Part shown: piece by piece, positions 60,576-64,000 of the stretch
Layout: each line of letters starts with the position of its first letter
Position numbering within the stretch: position 1 is the first letter of the stretch
Source of the DNA: the human T2T-CHM13v2.0 reference genome, Homo sapiens
Direction: 5' to 3' (one strand)
Assembly: GCF_009914755.1 (NCBI RefSeq)
Contig: NC_060925.1
DNA: 64,000 nt
Program-made: the position numbers and the translations under genes
The notes under the pieces: model-generated
Told to the model about the DNA's origin: nothing
Database searches by the model: none
The model's input: the letters and a program-made list of their open reading frames with translations, nothing else

Positions 60576-61855
60576 AATCCATGGATTATTTTTATGTACG
60601 CTGTAGGTATGCCTTAATCCAAAGCATCAGTTTTCTAGTGGTAGCATTAAAGTCACCTAATAACAGAGAAACAAGCATCTTTGAATGGAAATGAGCCTTT
60701 CTAGTATCCTTTAAGTTATATTAATTAGGCAGTTACCTACTTTATTTAAGCAGAATGTTATCTTTGTTGAGCAAAAACCTAGTAGATAGAAAGAACAGAA
60801 ATATACCTAAGCTAGTATGCTGAGGGAGGTAATCAGAGGGTAGGAGAGCTTGACCACTTAGTTTGAAGGAATGAGATCCATAAATACAGATCTTCCTAAG
60901 CAGAAGGAAGATATTTGAAAGACAGTTTTTTAAAATATTAATTGAAATTGTGAGTTGTTAATTTTTCTTCTTGAATTTTCCACCTCCTCTGTCCTTCATT
61001 CGAGCACATAACAAGTTCCCTACTTCCTTACCAGATGAAAGGTTTTTGGCAGGATTTTCTGGCTTCTGTTTGCCCACTGAGGATGATAGAATTTGAAGAG
61101 AGAGGAAATTGGTATCCCTGTGTGAAACCAAGAAAGACAGAAGGTTTCAAAAGAGAAAAAGAGCTTTCTCCAGGTTGGGGGTAAGGGACAGGTCTGCCTG
61201 TCCTTGAACAGAAGGGACTTTTACTTCTTCCCTGGAAGCACTCAAAAGTGTGGCAGGACATCAGGGAGCATATTCACATAGTTAACTAGGTAGGTTAGAT
61301 GCCAAGCTTAGGTTCTCAGGCTTGTTCAAGATCCTCTTGAAGCACAAAGCATGGCATGGAAATGGCACACCAGTGAATCTGATGATATCACATGGCTGCA
61401 GCAAAATTCAGCTTTTACCAGTGTGGACAGATACCTCTAGTGATTAATGTCCTAATGCTTAGATATGGCGTAAAACCCAGAACCTCAGCACAAACCTGAA
61501 GGTGGGAAAAAGCCTAGAAATAACTGAGGTTGAATTTCTCACTAAGTTGATAGGAATAGCTACTCAGAATTGAAATTAAATGATTTACAGACAATAATGA
61601 AATGTAATTTTGCTTCAGATTTATACCTGCTACATTAAGCAAGTGAACAATAACAAAAAAGTTATATTAGTCTTCGCTTTCTAAGAGTATAGCTTATTTC
61701 TACTTAACAATTTTTAGAATTTTAAGTTGAGTTAAACTTGCAAAATATTTTCAGGAACTTAGCACTGAACTGTCTGCACTGAATCAACTGATCTCATCAA
61801 TAATAGACAGCTCTTAACAGTACCTTCATGATAAGAGTAATAAAACCAAATTCAT

Positions 61856-62002
61856 GGCCAAGTGCAGTAGTGTGTGCTTGTAGCCCCAGGTAGTTGGGAG
61901 GCTGAGGCAGGAGGATCACTTGACACTAAAAGTTCAAGTGCAACCTGGACAACACATTGAGACTCCCCCTCTTACACACACACACACACGGGCACACACA
62001 CA
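61856..62002 (+). mobile_element. FLAM-like free left Alu monomer with (CA)n tail
   Basis: Monomer of about 120 bp, GGGAGGCTGAGGCAGGAGGATCACTTGA...CCTGGACAACA, followed by a CA repeat. Confidence 0.75.
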
Positions 62003-62404
62003 TCCTAATTCTAATTCACCATGCTGAACATGTCTATGGGGGCTACCCTTTTTATCTGGAAGAAAAAAAATTACACTGAGCACGAGTCTTCCAACAAAGA
62101 ATGGATCTATTATCAGCTAAGAGTGACTATCTCAGTGAAACACAAAGGTATTACCTTAAGGCAGTCAGATCTATGTTCTCTGCTATAGGAATGTGCAAAG
62201 GCGATAAGCCTACTGTTAGGAGGAAGCTCATGAAAGGCTGGCAATATCAACTTATCTTTCCTTGGTGGAGAACTGATGGCAAACAAGTTAAATCTGGAAA
62301 TCAGTATGTTGATTACTTATTTATTTGGCTTGATATTGAAATAAGCTTTTTCTATGTAATCATTCTTACTTGTGAATTCTTTTACTCTACTTTTTAAATT
62401 CTAT

Positions 62405-62600
62405 TTTTTCAACAAATATTTATCGAGGCTCATTATATAAGCTAGACATTTAGTTAGGTGCTGTGGGAGACATAGAAATATATGAGCTACAGATTAAATA
62501 CCCAAAGCATTTTTAACATCTAGAAAAATGATAACCCATGTACAAAAATGACTGTAACGCAAGGCAAGTAGTAAGTTTGTAAAAGACAGGAGAGAATGAT
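62405..62600 (-). mobile_element. L2 3' end
   Basis: TTCAACAAATATTTATCGAGG...TAGGTGCTGTGGGAGACATAGA. Confidence 0.6.
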
Positions 62601-62941
62601 ATTGCTTCCTTTCCTTTTCCTTTCCTTTTCTCTCATCCTGTCTCCCTTTCCTTTCTCTTCTTTCCTCTTCTCTTCTATTTCATTTTCTTTCCATCAACAC
62701 TGGTAAAGATGATGTATGAAACTGTCCTGAAAAAGTAGAAAATGCCAGGTTGGCAATTTCAGCCTCAGCTACCAACACTGGGTGTGCACACTGACAGTAG
62801 AATTTAGGGAGTGGCAAAGAGAGTGGGTTCTGTCAATTTATATGGAATAATGTTTCCCAAGGCAACCAGATGTGATTTTTTTTTGGCAAGTAAAAAGCCA
62901 CACAGAAAGGCTGAGATGAGTTAAAATGAAGAAAGCAGGAC

Positions 62942-63131
62942 CATTGGTACGTTGAAGCCAGCTCACATTATCAGAGATGCTTGTTGATTAATTAGGAATT
63001 TTGAAGCCAGTTGTAAAACTGTCGGTAGCTTGCAGTCAGCCTAATGGGAGTATGTACACCACAGAAATAGGTAACTACAATAAATTATGATTGTTTTAAG
63101 AACAGAAAGCTGTTTTACCAGTTCAACAATG
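62942..63131. mobile_element. MER63A-like hAT MITE
   Basis: GAAGCCAGCTC...AGGAATTTTGAAGCCAGTTG...GGGAGTATGTACACCACAGAAAT...TTTACCAG. Confidence 0.6.
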
Positions 63132-64000
63132 GAAATAACACCAAGAGTTTTTTACCTTCTGATTTTCTTTTTATAAACAGGAAGCTCTTCCACGAGTTCA
63201 CGAATGGAAATAACATCAAGAGTTTTTCATCTTCTTAGTGTGCAAGGTATGGATATTCTGTGTGTGAACTTCAAGAGTATCTAAGGGAGGCAATAACATG
63301 GTTGATAATATACCAGAGACTACAAACTGTCTGTGCATCCCAGAGGAACAGGAAGCTTGTGCAGGTGAAAAGACTGGAGGAGGAAGTATGTTGATGATAC
63401 CCAGGAAGCCCACCTTCCACTTCTTTGGTCATCAGAAGTAAGAAAAAGGACAATTAAATAAGTGGTTAATAGTTGTTTAGAGAAAGAGAATTTTCACTTT
63501 ATATGCCAGTCATTGATAATATTTGCCATAGTGGTTGCTGTTAAGTAAGTTTCTTCCTGCAGGCCTGTGAGAAGGCATAGTACATGAAAGTAGCAGTGCT
63601 TTCAACCTGATTATTATTATACAGTATGGACTTTTATTATATAACAAGCAATACTTACATTTTGTTATTTACTTATTTATTACTATACACTTACACATAT
63701 GCAGACACAGTAATAAACATCTAAGTGGTACAAATAGGTACAAAACCAAAAATAAAAGTCTGCCTTCTAACTTCAGTAAGATGTTTCAGTCTCATCCTGG
63801 GTTCTACTGCCTTTAATATGCAATCAGCCACACTTCCCAAGGGGCTTTAGTCCCTTTTGTTAAAAAATAGTAATAAAGATCAAATCTAGGGGATAGAAGT
63901 AGAGATTTTAGTATTTTATATGAGAATTGGGGATGCAGCATGCTAATGAAGCCACCTGAGTTACAGGGCAGACTATTACTTTTCTTTTTAAATAACAGGT

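Overview
This is primate (very likely human) AT-rich, repeat-dense genomic DNA with no credible protein-coding exon, RNA gene, CpG island or CRISPR array. It reads as intergenic or deep intronic, and I cannot name the locus. Its content is a layered record of transposable elements: Alu J/S/Y and monomers, MIR, L2, old and young L1, MaLR/ERVL/ERV1 LTRs, hAT and Tigger DNA transposons, several with readable target-site duplications (TSDs) and nesting. The strongest observation is a TSD-flanked L1PA3-like element (41884-47402) whose 5' UTR is joined exactly at the known intra-UTR splice donor and acceptor, making it a spliced, retrotransposed L1 (SpIRE 97/622 type). Other points of interest are a Tigger1 that appears to carry its left end at both termini, a possible decayed Gypsy-like gag/zinc-knuckle/protease relic, a 36-bp-period palindromic element, and a 75-bp duplication that supplies a candidate splice acceptor. 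I found no evidence for a new multi-gene biological system. Repeat family names come from recalled consensus sequences, not a database search, and boundaries of old repeats are approximate.
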